64,000 nucleotides of DNA, taken from positions 7,113,224 through 7,177,223 of the forward strand of contig NZ_JADWYI010000001.1 of NCBI RefSeq assembly GCF_016904885.1, read 5' to 3'. Source of the DNA: [Archangium] primigenium. Lineage in GTDB: Bacteria > Myxococcota > Myxococcia > Myxococcales > Myxococcaceae. A program made the position numbers and the translations under genes. Of this stretch, positions 1-9,340 are shown in pieces. A model generated the notes under the pieces. The model was not told where the DNA came from, ran no database searches, and saw nothing but the letters and a program-made list of their open reading frames with translations. Position 1 is the first letter of the stretch. Every line of letters starts with the position of its first letter.

Positions 1-851
1 GCGAGGGCGAGGCGTGCACCCCCTTCGACAGCCCCACGGTGCAGGCCTCGGGCACCAAACGCTTCGCGGACGGCACGCCCTTCGAGCGCGCCGGGTGCAC
101 CAGCCGCCCCTACCAGGACGCGCCCTGGACGAGCGGCCACTGCAACTGGACGGACGCGGAGCTCGAGTCCTTCTTCCGCCAGCAGCTCGCCCAGCCCGCG
201 GGCCCCGAGTCCCAGGTGTTGGTGCACGCCATGGGGGACAAGGCACTCACCCAGGTGCTCGACGCCATGGAGGCCACGGGTGGAGCGGCCGCCTGGAAGG
301 GCCGCCGGCTGCGGGTGGAGCACGGCACCATGCTCTACAGTGCCAACGACGTCGCCCGGGCCAGCGCCCTGGGCGTGTACGTGAGCCAGCAGGGCAACCA
401 CCTGGCCTTCGTCGACCCGGTGGATGGCGTGCCCTCCTACGCCAAGCGCTTCGAGGGCGACATCTTCGTGCAGATGGATCCGATCCGCTCGCTGGCCACG
501 GCGGGCCTCCACCTGAACTTCGGCACGGACGGCGTGGGCTTCCCCATCTCCAGCTACCTGGACCTGGCGCTCACCACCACCCACCCCATGCGCCCGGGCG
601 AGGCCCTGCCCATGCGTGAGGCCCTGGTGGCCTACACCCGGGGCTCGGCCGAGTCCGCCTTCGACGAGGACAAGCGCGGCTCCATCCAGGTGGGCCTGGA
701 CGCGGACTTCCAGGTGCCCACGGTGGACGTGCTCCAGGAGGGCCTGCCCTTCACGGCGGTGGCGAGTGCCATGGCCCACGCCACCTTCATCGCGGGCAAG
801 CCCGTGTGGGACGACGGCAGCCTGACGCCCGAAGGTGGTTGGCGGCAGTAG
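1..851 (+). CDS. Amidohydrolase-family metal-dependent hydrolase, C-terminal part; 5' end lies outside the window
   Basis: Reading frame is open from window start; motifs HAMGDKA, VEHGTML and NFGTDG are typical of amidohydrolase-3 family C-termini. Confidence 0.5.
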   Translation, partial: EGEACTPFDSPTVQASGTKRFADGTPFERAGCTSRPYQDAPWTSGHCNWTDAELESFFRQQLAQPAGPESQVLVHAMGDKALTQVLDAMEATGGAAAWKGRRLRVEHGTMLYSANDVARASALGVYVSQQGNHLAFVDPVDGVPSYAKRFEGDIFVQMDPIRSLATAGLHLNFGTDGVGFPISSYLDLALTTTHPMRPGEALPMREALVAYTRGSAESAFDEDKRGSIQVGLDADFQVPTVDVLQEGLPFTAVASAMAHATFIAGKPVWDDGSLTPEGGWRQ

Positions 852-976
852 CGCCCCGGCAGTGAGAGCAACGGGCCCGGCCTCCACCTCGGAGTCCGGG
901 CCCGTCGTGTTTCCAAGCACCCCTTCTGCCTCCTGGGTCCGGCCGAGCCCCTCGCGCCGCCCAGGAGACACACCCC

Positions 977-1657
977 ATGAAGCTGTCCACCTGGCTCAAG
1001 CGGTTTCCCCTCATCGCCGTCCTCTCCCTCTCCACCCTTCTGCCGCCCCAGGTGGCCCGCGCGATGGACTTCTCGGGCCCTCTGCGGACGGCCCCGCTCG
1101 AGGAAGCCATCCCCCGGCTGCGGACGCCCACGAAGTTGAAGCGCGACACCGTCCTGACGATCTCCAAGCTCATGTCCCACCCGGCCATGCAGAAGGCGAA
1201 GGCCAAGGCCAGCGAGGCGTCTGTGCAGTGCTACCTCATCCACCTCTGGCTGGCGGCCTACAAGGTGTACAAGGACGCCGCGAACACGCCCCTGTCGACG
1301 CTGTCCGTCGCGGGAGTGGCCTCGGACATCGAGGATCTGAATCGCATGTCCGAGCACTGGTGTGACGACAAGGGCGGTGGACCCGGAGCGCACGCGTTGC
1401 TCGCCAACCAGCGCGCTGCCGGCCTCAAGCTGACCCTCCCAGCCTTGGAGGCCCCGGGCGTTGCTCGGGACACCACGTCGCCGGCCGCGCGCATGTACCA
1501 GGCCTTCATGGCCGCGGGGGTGCTCATCGAGCAGGCGGTGTCCGTCGCGGGCTCCAAGCTCGTGGTGGAGGGCGTGCCGTCCGGCGCGTTCATCCTCGTC
1601 AACCCCACCTACCTGTACGACCCGACGAAGCAGGCGGATCCGCGCCAGGGCCTGTAG
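977..1657 (+). CDS. Secreted hypothetical protein
   Basis: 226-aa ORF with N-terminal signal peptide (MKLSTWLKRFPLIAVLSLSTLLPPQVARA); codon usage matches the window. Confidence 0.45.
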   Translation: MKLSTWLKRFPLIAVLSLSTLLPPQVARAMDFSGPLRTAPLEEAIPRLRTPTKLKRDTVLTISKLMSHPAMQKAKAKASEASVQCYLIHLWLAAYKVYKDAANTPLSTLSVAGVASDIEDLNRMSEHWCDDKGGGPGAHALLANQRAAGLKLTLPALEAPGVARDTTSPAARMYQAFMAAGVLIEQAVSVAGSKLVVEGVPSGAFILVNPTYLYDPTKQADPRQGL

Positions 1658-1735
1658 CCCGCCAGCGCCAGACGCGAAAGGGCCCGGTCTCCGAGATGGA
1701 GGCCGGGCCCTTCGTGTTTCAGCAACTGGTGCGGC

Positions 1736-2305
1736 TCAGCGGATGGAGGCGGCCACCGCGCGCTGGGCCGTCACCTTCGCCGCGGAGGAGAGCTTCTTCC
1801 CCCAGGAGAAGAGGCCCGAGGCGCCGGCGGCGGTGAGCAGGGCGCCGAGCACCAGGGAGAAGGTGAGCGGCGTGCCCGTCTTGAGCGCGCCCACCAGGGA
1901 CATGGAGACAGCGGTGGCCATGGAGAGCGCCACGCCCGCCACGTCCGAGGAGAGCCACGGCACGCGCGAGGCGAGGAAGCGGCGCACCACCCACACCGCG
2001 CCCAACACCAGGGCGCACGCGAGCAGGCCCCAGTTGCGCGAGGTGAGCGACTGCACCAGCAGCTTCACCACCTCCCCCACCCCCACCTCGTCCATGGGCA
2101 CGGGCGCCTCGGCCTGGTCCTGCACGGCCGGGGTGGCGCGGGGGGTGGACTTCACGGCGGCCGGGCGCGCGGGGTGCGCGTCCAGCACCTGGGAGAAGTG
2201 CGTGCCCAGCGCCAGGTCATCGGCGGGCGGCGCGTCGGCGAGCGCGGGCGAGGAGAGGGAGAGCAGCGAGAGGACGGCGAGGGACGGCAGGGACATGCAA
2301 CGCAT
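1736..2305 (-). CDS. Hypothetical membrane protein
   Basis: 189-aa ORF with signal peptide and C-terminal hydrophobic segments. Confidence 0.4.
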   Translation of the reverse strand: MRCMSLPSLAVLSLLSLSSPALADAPPADDLALGTHFSQVLDAHPARPAAVKSTPRATPAVQDQAEAPVPMDEVGVGEVVKLLVQSLTSRNWGLLACALVLGAVWVVRRFLASRVPWLSSDVAGVALSMATAVSMSLVGALKTGTPLTFSLVLGALLTAAGASGLFSWGKKLSSAAKVTAQRAVAASIR

Positions 2306-2363
2306 GGGTGCTCCAGGGAAAGTAGGCGGCCGAGCTGGCCCGCCCGGGTGAAAGGGCTCGGGC

Positions 2364-2576
2364 TCAGGTGCGCGGCGGCCACCACCAGGTCCGCTCGGGC
2401 TGGGGCGCCTTGAGGTCCTGCTGGAGGTTGCCGTCCGCGACGAGATGGTCCGTGGGCTTGAGGACGTGCAGATCCACCCGACCGTCCTCGTACGCCGTGG
2501 TGATGACGGCGGGACGGGCCTTGCCGTCGACGTTAGTGAGGACGATGCGGCCGGGGCTGGGCTTCTGCTGATTCAT
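2364..2576 (-). CDS. Small hypothetical protein
   Basis: 70-aa ORF, no recognisable motifs. Confidence 0.25.
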   Translation of the reverse strand: MNQQKPSPGRIVLTNVDGKARPAVITTAYEDGRVDLHVLKPTDHLVADGNLQQDLKAPQPERTWWWPPRT

Positions 2577-2622
2577 GGTGTTGCTCCTCGGTGAGGGGCG
2601 GACGACGCCCGGGTGAAAGGCA

Positions 2623-2934
2623 TCAGGGGACGGCGTGGGCCGAGCGGGACGGCGCGGGCCCGTCGGACAGGCGCTCGACGGCCTTCGCGAGCCGGGTCAA
2701 CTCCTCCTTCACGCCGTCCAGCCGCGCCTCAATGCGCGCGGCCTGGGTGTCGGCCTTGGACTGGGCGGAGGACACGCGCGCCAGCTCCGACTCAGCGGTG
2801 GTGACGCGGCGCTCGAGGTGGCGCACGTCCGAGCCCAGCGTGCCCCACTGCCCGGCGATGCCGGCCAGCGTGACGGCGAGGGTCACGGCCAGCGGCAGCC
2901 ACGGGGAAGGCTTCGACTCAGGGGACGTGCTCAT
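2623..2934 (-). CDS. Membrane-anchored coiled-coil hypothetical protein
   Basis: 103-aa ORF with one TM helix followed by heptad-like charged repeat. Confidence 0.3.
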   Translation of the reverse strand: MSTSPESKPSPWLPLAVTLAVTLAGIAGQWGTLGSDVRHLERRVTTAESELARVSSAQSKADTQAARIEARLDGVKEELTRLAKAVERLSDGPAPSRSAHAVP

Positions 2935-2969
2935 GCCCGCCGAGAAGGGGCGCGCCGCTTCTCCGGGCC

Positions 2970-3548
2970 ATGCACGACGCCGACATCCGCCGGGCGCTTC
3001 TCGGGCGCCTTGCCGCTCTCCACGCAGGCGTGCCGGACGTCGTCGTGCGTGAGGAGTTGGGCCTGGAGCAGGGGCAGTGCTTCGTGGACGTGGCGGTGCT
3101 CGCTCACGCGCTCCACGGCTATGAGCTCAAGAGCGAGCGCGACACGTTGCGCCGGCTGCCCCGACAGGTGGAGGTGTACGGGGCCGTGCTCGACAAGGCC
3201 ACGCTCGTGGTGAGCGCCACCCACCTGGCTGCCGCCCTTCCCCTCCTTCCCTCCTGGTGGGGCGTCGAAGTGGCCACCACGCAGCAGGGTGGCGACGTGC
3301 GCCTGGAGACCGTGCGCGAGCCCGGGGCCAACCCCCAGCAGCAGCCGCGCTCCGTGGCCCGGTTGCTCTGGCGCGAAGAGGCCCAGGCGATCCTGGAGGC
3401 GCTGGGGGCGGCGAGAGGGGTGCGCGGCAGGTCGCGCGAGGTGCTCTTCGCCCGTCTCCTCGAAGTTCTGTCGCCGCCCGCGCTCACCGCGGCTGTCTGC
3501 CGCTCGTTGAGGGCGAGGACCTCGTGGGGGCCCGAGCGGGCGCCGTGA
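2970..3548 (+). CDS. PD-(D/E)XK nuclease-fold protein (MmcB/sce7726-like)
   Basis: Segment FVDVAVL...GYELK fits the D...(D/E)XK restriction-endonuclease-like core; size about 190 aa. Confidence 0.4.
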   Translation: MHDADIRRALLGRLAALHAGVPDVVVREELGLEQGQCFVDVAVLAHALHGYELKSERDTLRRLPRQVEVYGAVLDKATLVVSATHLAAALPLLPSWWGVEVATTQQGGDVRLETVREPGANPQQQPRSVARLLWREEAQAILEALGAARGVRGRSREVLFARLLEVLSPPALTAAVCRSLRARTSWGPERAP

Positions 3549-3839
3549 GACGCGCGAGGCTGTAAAAAGCACACCCCCACCCTCAAAAAACCGGCCGCCC
3601 GGCTCGGATTTGGATTGCTCGGCGCGGTGCAATCTCGCGCTCGCGGCTACCCCACGGCACCCCACCGGACTCTCCGGCCGAAACTGTCCGACGACCCCCC
3701 GAAAAATCGGGGTGAAGGGCCCTACCCCGGCCTCTAAACGCCCGGAATCACATCCGGGGTGCCCGCCGGAGGGGGTGCGGAAAGGAGCAAAACGGCGCGC
3801 GCCACGCCCCTTCTGAGGGGTGTCACCTCGTCACCCACG

Positions 3840-4832
3840 ATGGAGCGCCCCATGTCGAAGCAGTCGAAGCCCGCCGCCCTCACCTCTCCCACCACCCCGG
3901 CCTACGTGCCCCCGCCCGAGCTCGTGGCCGCCGCCGAGGCGTCCCTCGGAGGCGCCTCGGAGCACGAGCGTTCCGACTCCGCCCGGGCGTACATGGCCTA
4001 CGGCCGCGCCACCGCGCACCGCTCGGCCGTCACCGGCAACGAGCTGCCCGGCTTCACCCTCTGCCCCACCCTCGTCCGGGCTGGCTGGCTCGAAGTGGTG
4101 CGCGAACTGCGCCCGGACGCCGAGGTGGAGCGGGCGCGGGCGGGGTTGGTGGCGGTGGCGAATTCGATGAACCAGGAGATCGCCGAGGCCCAGCAGAAGC
4201 TCGACGACCTCAATCAGGAGATCGCCACGCTCTCCCAGCAGAGGGACGACATGCGGGGCGTGGTGGTGAGGGGCATCAACGTCCGTGAGGGCAAGCCCCT
4301 CTTCGACGAGGTGGTGGTGAGTCTCGCGATCGCCACGGGCTCCGAGGCGATGGCCGACCAGCACGGCATCGTGGTCGTGGGGCACCGCGAGGAGGCGGAC
4401 GGCCTGCCCCACACGTACCTCCTGCAGGACCTGTCGCTCCAGGCCCCGGACCCGTCCGCCTGGGCGAAGGTGGCCGTGGATGCCGTGCACCGCTGGGCGC
4501 ACTGTGCTCCACCCCAGAAGGCGTACGTCCTCGCGGAGGAGAACACCGGGGGCGCCATGGTGGCGAACATCATCCACGCCGTGGATCCCTCGGTGACGGT
4601 GAAGACGGCGCGCATCCTCGCCACGTCGGAACTCGCCTCCTCGGTGGACGACAGCGAGGAGTGCCACATCGATCCCTTCCTCATGGGCATCAGCCAGATC
4701 TCCGCGGCGGCGAAGGACTTGGCCAAGGCCCAGCAGGACGGCCAGGGCGAGGTGGCCGCGCTCGTCACGACCACGGCCAAGGCGCTGCACGAGCGCGTGA
4801 AGGCGCTCGCCCTGCCCGCCTCCGAGCGCTGA
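3840..4832 (+). CDS. Terminase large-subunit nuclease-domain paralog with unrelated N-terminus; first catalytic Asp replaced
   Basis: C-terminal 170 aa align residue-by-residue with the C-terminus of the terminase at 5512..7050 (LLQDLSLQAP..AWAKVAV.AVHRW), but VSVDPATGE is VSLAIATGSE here. Confidence 0.5.
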   Translation: MERPMSKQSKPAALTSPTTPAYVPPPELVAAAEASLGGASEHERSDSARAYMAYGRATAHRSAVTGNELPGFTLCPTLVRAGWLEVVRELRPDAEVERARAGLVAVANSMNQEIAEAQQKLDDLNQEIATLSQQRDDMRGVVVRGINVREGKPLFDEVVVSLAIATGSEAMADQHGIVVVGHREEADGLPHTYLLQDLSLQAPDPSAWAKVAVDAVHRWAHCAPPQKAYVLAEENTGGAMVANIIHAVDPSVTVKTARILATSELASSVDDSEECHIDPFLMGISQISAAAKDLAKAQQDGQGEVAALVTTTAKALHERVKALALPASER

Positions 4833-4876
4833 TGCGCGCACCGGGGAGGAGGCGGTAGCACCCCTTCTCTCCGGGC

Positions 4877-5512
4877 ATGGCCCGGCCCAAGGGACTTCCG
4901 CCAGCGTTTGGAGGCGAGCCCTCGGACGGGCCTGGGGAGGACGCGCCCGAGCTGCCGGATCCACTGGCGGGCTACCATCCCCGGCCTGGCGCGCGCGGCC
5001 CGCGCACCTCCCTCACCCGGGCGATGATCCCCATCATCGCCCGGGTGCTCGCGCGCACCGGGGTGCAGCGCATCGCCGCGGCGAAGGCGGGCACCACCGA
5101 GGCCTGCCTGGGCAAGTGGCTGAGCCGGGGCCGGGACGCCGTGGAGCGCCGCAAGACGAGCCTCTACACCGAGCTGCTCTTCGCGTGCGAGGAGGCGTGG
5201 GCGCACCGCTACAGCCACCTCATCGAACTGGGCGAGCGCACGGTGGTGGACCGGCACGCCAACCCGAGATTCATCACCTGGCTCATGGGCGTCACCGCGC
5301 CCAAGCAATTCACCGTGCCGCGCGAGCCCGCCGCCCAGGCCCAGGGCCACGCGCTCGGCCCCGCCTTCGAGCTCGTGTCTCCCGAGGCCGCCGCCAAGGC
5401 AATCCACGAGAAGCTCCTGCGCTTCCTCGAGGAGGACGACAAGAGCCAGGTGCCCCCACCCACCGAGGAGCCCGCGCCGAGCCCTGACGGGGCCGCGCCG
5501 GGGGCCGGGTAG
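4877..5512 (+). CDS. Putative terminase small subunit / DNA-binding packaging protein
   Basis: 211-aa ORF immediately upstream of and overlapping (TAGTG) the terminase large subunit start. Confidence 0.4.
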   Translation: MARPKGLPPAFGGEPSDGPGEDAPELPDPLAGYHPRPGARGPRTSLTRAMIPIIARVLARTGVQRIAAAKAGTTEACLGKWLSRGRDAVERRKTSLYTELLFACEEAWAHRYSHLIELGERTVVDRHANPRFITWLMGVTAPKQFTVPREPAAQAQGHALGPAFELVSPEAAAKAIHEKLLRFLEEDDKSQVPPPTEEPAPSPDGAAPGAG

Positions 5513-7050
5513 TGGTGGCCTCGGCCGCCGTCCAGGAGGCGGGCGACAACCTCCTGGCCGGGCTCACCATCATCCGCCCGGAGACGCACGGCCGCTATTC
5601 GCTCTCCGAGCTCGCCGTGCGCAAGTTCCGCGCGCAGCTCGGCCGCGCGGGGCGGCTCGCGGCGAGCCCCTCCATCACCGAGCACCTGCGGGCCACGCAG
5701 GCCGAGGTGCTCGCCTGGCACTACGACCCCACGCTCTGGCGCCGCCCGGTGCAGACGCCGCCCGCGGGCGTCTGGCGCACTTGGTTCCTCCTGGGCGGGC
5801 GCGGCGCCGGCAAGACGTACGCCGGCAGCGTGGCCGTCCTCGAGGAGGCGATGGCGGACCCCGAGGCCCGCATCCTCATCGTCGGCCCCACCGACTCGGA
5901 GATTCGCAAGACGCAGTTGGAGGGGCCCAGCGGCATCCTCTCGCTCGCGCCGCCCTGGTTCCGCCCGGTGCACCGGCGCAGCAAGCGCACGCTCGACTTC
6001 CCCAACGGAGCCAAGGCCTTCTACGTCCCCGCGCAGAACCCGGACAAGTTGCGCGGGTACAACGTCTCGCTCGTCTGGGCGGACGAGGTGGTGGCCTGGA
6101 AGAAGTCCCCGCTGGAGGTGTACGCGGAATGCCGGCGCGTGGCGCGAATCCAGACGCCGCGCATGCGCGCGCTCGGCCTGCCCGCGCGCCTCATCATCAC
6201 CACCACGCCCCAGCCCACCCAGCTCTTCCGGGAGATTCTGGCGGACCGGGACGGCCTGGTGCTCGCGCGCAGCAGCACCTTCGACAACGCGGCCAACCTG
6301 GACGGCAAGTACCTCGCCTACGCGCGCCGGGTGCAGCACACCACCGAGGGCCGCCGGGAGTTCCTCGGCGAGCTCTTCTTCGCGCTCGACGCCTGCCTCT
6401 ACCGCAAGGTGGACTGGAATGCCTCGCGCGTGCCCTCGGTGGAGGCCATTGCTCCGCGGGAGGGCAAGGCGCTCTTCGACAAGGTGGTGGTGAGCGTCGA
6501 CCCCGCCACCGGCGAGAAGAAGGGCAGCGACTTGCACGGCGTGGTGGTGGAGGGCATCCGCGAGGAGGCGGACGGCCTGCTGCACTCCTACGTCCTGCAG
6601 GACTTGTCCCTCCAGGCCCCGGAGGCCTCGGCCTGGGCGAAGGTGGCCGTGGAGGCCGTGCACCGCTGGAAGCACCTGGCGCCGCCGCGGAAGACTTTCA
6701 TCTTCGCGGAGACGAACACCGGCGGCTCCATGGTCAAGCAGACCATCCGCACGGTGGACGCCAAGGTGCGGGTGAAGGGCCAGCGCGCCATGCAGTCCAA
6801 GGCCGAGCGCGCGGCGCCCGTCACGGCAATGGCCGAGGTGGGGCTCATCCACATGGTGGGCAAGCACCACAAGCTCGAGGAGCAGCTGGGCAAGTTCACC
6901 GGCCAGGACGGCGGCCACGGGCGGGATGACCGGGCGGACGCCTTCGCGTGGCCGGTGTTCCTCTACGTGTGCCCGAAGCGGCAGAACGCCGGCGTCGCCG
7001 GGCGCCCGGCCCAGGCGGAGGAGGACACGGACGCCGAGGACGACGAGTAG
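5512..7050 (+). CDS. Phage terminase large subunit
   Basis: Walker A GRGAGKT, Walker B VSLVWADEV, C-terminal RNaseH-like nuclease motifs; GTG start overlapping upstream stop. Confidence 0.85.
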   Translation: MVASAAVQEAGDNLLAGLTIIRPETHGRYSLSELAVRKFRAQLGRAGRLAASPSITEHLRATQAEVLAWHYDPTLWRRPVQTPPAGVWRTWFLLGGRGAGKTYAGSVAVLEEAMADPEARILIVGPTDSEIRKTQLEGPSGILSLAPPWFRPVHRRSKRTLDFPNGAKAFYVPAQNPDKLRGYNVSLVWADEVVAWKKSPLEVYAECRRVARIQTPRMRALGLPARLIITTTPQPTQLFREILADRDGLVLARSSTFDNAANLDGKYLAYARRVQHTTEGRREFLGELFFALDACLYRKVDWNASRVPSVEAIAPREGKALFDKVVVSVDPATGEKKGSDLHGVVVEGIREEADGLLHSYVLQDLSLQAPEASAWAKVAVEAVHRWKHLAPPRKTFIFAETNTGGSMVKQTIRTVDAKVRVKGQRAMQSKAERAAPVTAMAEVGLIHMVGKHHKLEEQLGKFTGQDGGHGRDDRADAFAWPVFLYVCPKRQNAGVAGRPAQAEEDTDAEDDE

Positions 7051-7052
7051 CC

Positions 7053-7076
7053 GCACCCCTTCTCCCCGGGCATGGC
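7053..7076 (+). promoter_or_regulatory. Conserved intercistronic motif CACCCCTTCTCCCCGGGCATGG (instance before portal gene); other instances at 4858..4881, 8437..8460, 13464..13486, 21364..21386, variants at 3801..3821 and 9277..9290
   Basis: Near-identical 20-22-mer ending in the start codon of seven prophage late genes. Confidence 0.45.
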
Positions 7077-8436
7077 CTCCCTCCGCTCGCGCTTCAAGGC
7101 CGCCCTCACGGGCCTGCTCCTCGGCCCCTCCGCGGGGCGCCCCCTCGTGCACACCCTGCCTCTCCTGCCCTTCTCCCCGCGGAGCGGCTCGCGCCAGGTG
7201 CTCGCCGCCTACCGGGAGAACGCGTGGCTGCAGGCGGTGGTGGACACGGTGGCCGAGGCCACGGCCACGCCCCGCTGGCGGGTGCTCCTCCCCGTCACCA
7301 GCAAGGGCAAGGGCCTCGCCCGCTCCCTCAAGGCCGTGGGCGCGCTCGAGCGGACGCGGGACGGACGCCTCTCCCGGCACAAGGCGCTCGCCCGGGGCGT
7401 GGAGCGGGGGGACCTGGTGGAACTCCACCAGCACGAGCTGCTCAACTTCCTGGACAGCCCCCACCCCCTTTTCACCGGCCGCGACCTGCGCAAGCTGCAG
7501 CAGGTGCACCTGGACCTGGTGGGCGAGACGTTCCTGTACCTGCGCCGCACCCTGGACGACGAGCGGCGCGTCGCGGGCTACGAGGTGTTGCCCCCGCACT
7601 GCGTGCACCAGACGCCCACCGACACGGGCACCCACTACGTCGTCACCTACAACCGCGCCGCCACCAGCGTCCTGCCCTCGGAGATTGTGTGGCTCAAGCG
7701 GTTGGATCCGGAGAACCCCTATGGCCGGGGCGTCGGCCGAGGCCTCGCCATGGGGGACGAGCTCGACACGGCCGAGGCCCTGCAGGTGGCGCGCAAGGCC
7801 ACCTTCCTCCGCGGAGGCCTGCCCGCCGCGGTGGTGGGCATTGACGAGGGGGGCGCCGGGGACGACAGGGCGGAGGAGATCGAGTCCGAGTACCAGGAGA
7901 AGTTCAACCGGCCCGAGGCCGCCGGGCGCGTCTGGTTCGTCAACGGCAAGGTGTCGCTCAGCCAGATTCAGCAGGACTTCCGCGCGCTGCAGATGGACGA
8001 GACGGAGAAGGGCCTGCGCGACTTCGTGCGGCAGTGCTTCAACGTGTCCCCCGAGCTGCTCGGCGACCTGACGAGCGCCAACCGCTCCACGAGCGAGGAG
8101 GCCAAGTACACGCTCGCGGAGTACGCCGTGCTTCCGCGCCTGGAGTTTCAGCGCAACCATTACCAGCTGCACGTGGTGCCGCGCATCGACCCCGACGCGC
8201 TGCTCGAGTACGAGGACCCGAGGCCGCAGAGCTGGGAGCGCACGCTGGCGGTGGTGACGTGCTCGCCCAACGAGGGCTTCACCTGGAACGAGGTGCGCGC
8301 CCTGGCGGGCTTCGCGCCGGACCCGTCGCTCAACGGCCGCCGCCCCCGTCCCCTGCCGGGCGCGATGCCGGTGCAGGACAAGCCCCAGGCGCCGAAGAAT
8401 CCCCCGCCCCCGCGCGGGCCCGCCAAGGCGGCGTGA
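7072..8436 (+). CDS. Phage portal protein
   Basis: 454-aa ORF directly after terminase; size and position typical of HK97-type portal. Confidence 0.65.
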   Translation: MASLRSRFKAALTGLLLGPSAGRPLVHTLPLLPFSPRSGSRQVLAAYRENAWLQAVVDTVAEATATPRWRVLLPVTSKGKGLARSLKAVGALERTRDGRLSRHKALARGVERGDLVELHQHELLNFLDSPHPLFTGRDLRKLQQVHLDLVGETFLYLRRTLDDERRVAGYEVLPPHCVHQTPTDTGTHYVVTYNRAATSVLPSEIVWLKRLDPENPYGRGVGRGLAMGDELDTAEALQVARKATFLRGGLPAAVVGIDEGGAGDDRAEEIESEYQEKFNRPEAAGRVWFVNGKVSLSQIQQDFRALQMDETEKGLRDFVRQCFNVSPELLGDLTSANRSTSEEAKYTLAEYAVLPRLEFQRNHYQLHVVPRIDPDALLEYEDPRPQSWERTLAVVTCSPNEGFTWNEVRALAGFAPDPSLNGRRPRPLPGAMPVQDKPQAPKNPPPPRGPAKAA

Positions 8437-8456
8437 GCCGCCACTTCTCCTCCGGC

Positions 8457-9275
8457 ATGACTCGCTCCGCCGCCGCTCGCCCCGCGCCCCCCGAGGACGC
8501 GTGCTTCAAGTCCCTCGGCCACCTCGTGAAGAAGAGCGAGGGCAGCAGCGGGACGCCTGTCTTCCGCATCAGCACCGCGGTGCTCGACCGACACAACGAC
8601 CGCGTGCCGCCAGAAGCCGTCAAGACGGAGAACTTCGAGAAGAACCCCGTCCTCCTCTGGAACCACGACGACCGCGTCCCGGCGATCGGCACGTGCAAGG
8701 TCTACCGCGAGGGGGACGAGTGGTTCATGGAGCCCACCTTCGACGAGCTCGACGAGCTGTCGAAGACGGTGGCGGCCAAGGTGAAGGCCGGCACCCTGCG
8801 CACCTGCAGCATCCGCTTCCGCTTCAAGGAGTTCGAGTTCAACGCCGAGGGCGGGCTCGACTACGCGGAGGTGGAACTGCTGGAGGTGTCGATCGTCAAC
8901 ATCCCCGCCAACCCCGAGGCCTACCGCGTGAAAGCCAACCAGCAGCCGAAGCCCAAGCAGAAGAACGAAGCCGCTCCCGAGGAGACGCCCGTCGAGGAGA
9001 CGAGCTCCAAGGGCCTCGCGCCCGAGGACTTGGAGGCGATTCGCGCCACCGTCACCGAGGCGATGGTGCCCGTCCTGGAGCAACTCGCCGCGCTCCAGTC
9101 CGCGCTCGCGGGCGACACCGCCCAGTCCGAGGACGGTGAGCCCGAGGAGCCGGTGGACGAGGAAGAGAAGAGCGAGGGGGACGACGAGGACGACGTGCAG
9201 CTCAGCGACGAGGACATGGAGGAGCTGAAGAACTTCCTCGCCCCCCCGACCCCGAAGGCGAAGCCGCGGAAGTAG
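8457..9275 (+). CDS. HK97-family prohead protease with acidic scaffold-like C-terminal extension
   Basis: Prohead protease (S78/U35) N-terminal domain pattern; C-terminus extremely acidic (EEPVDEEEKSEGDDEDD) like fused scaffolds. Confidence 0.6.
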   Translation: MTRSAAARPAPPEDACFKSLGHLVKKSEGSSGTPVFRISTAVLDRHNDRVPPEAVKTENFEKNPVLLWNHDDRVPAIGTCKVYREGDEWFMEPTFDELDELSKTVAAKVKAGTLRTCSIRFRFKEFEFNAEGGLDYAEVELLEVSIVNIPANPEAYRVKANQQPKPKQKNEAAPEETPVEETSSKGLAPEDLEAIRATVTEAMVPVLEQLAALQSALAGDTAQSEDGEPEEPVDEEEKSEGDDEDDVQLSDEDMEELKNFLAPPTPKAKPRK

Positions 9276-9340
9276 CCACACCCCTTTTCAACGACAGACA
9301 CCCCTGGCGCCTCCCCTGCGCCCCTCCCCTGGAGTACACC

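Noticed and set aside
5209-8172. 987-aa ORF antisense to the terminase and portal genes
   Set aside because: Typical high-GC antisense artefact: Arg/Gly/Ala/Leu-rich low-complexity translation with no motifs, fully overlapping well-supported genes on the other strand.
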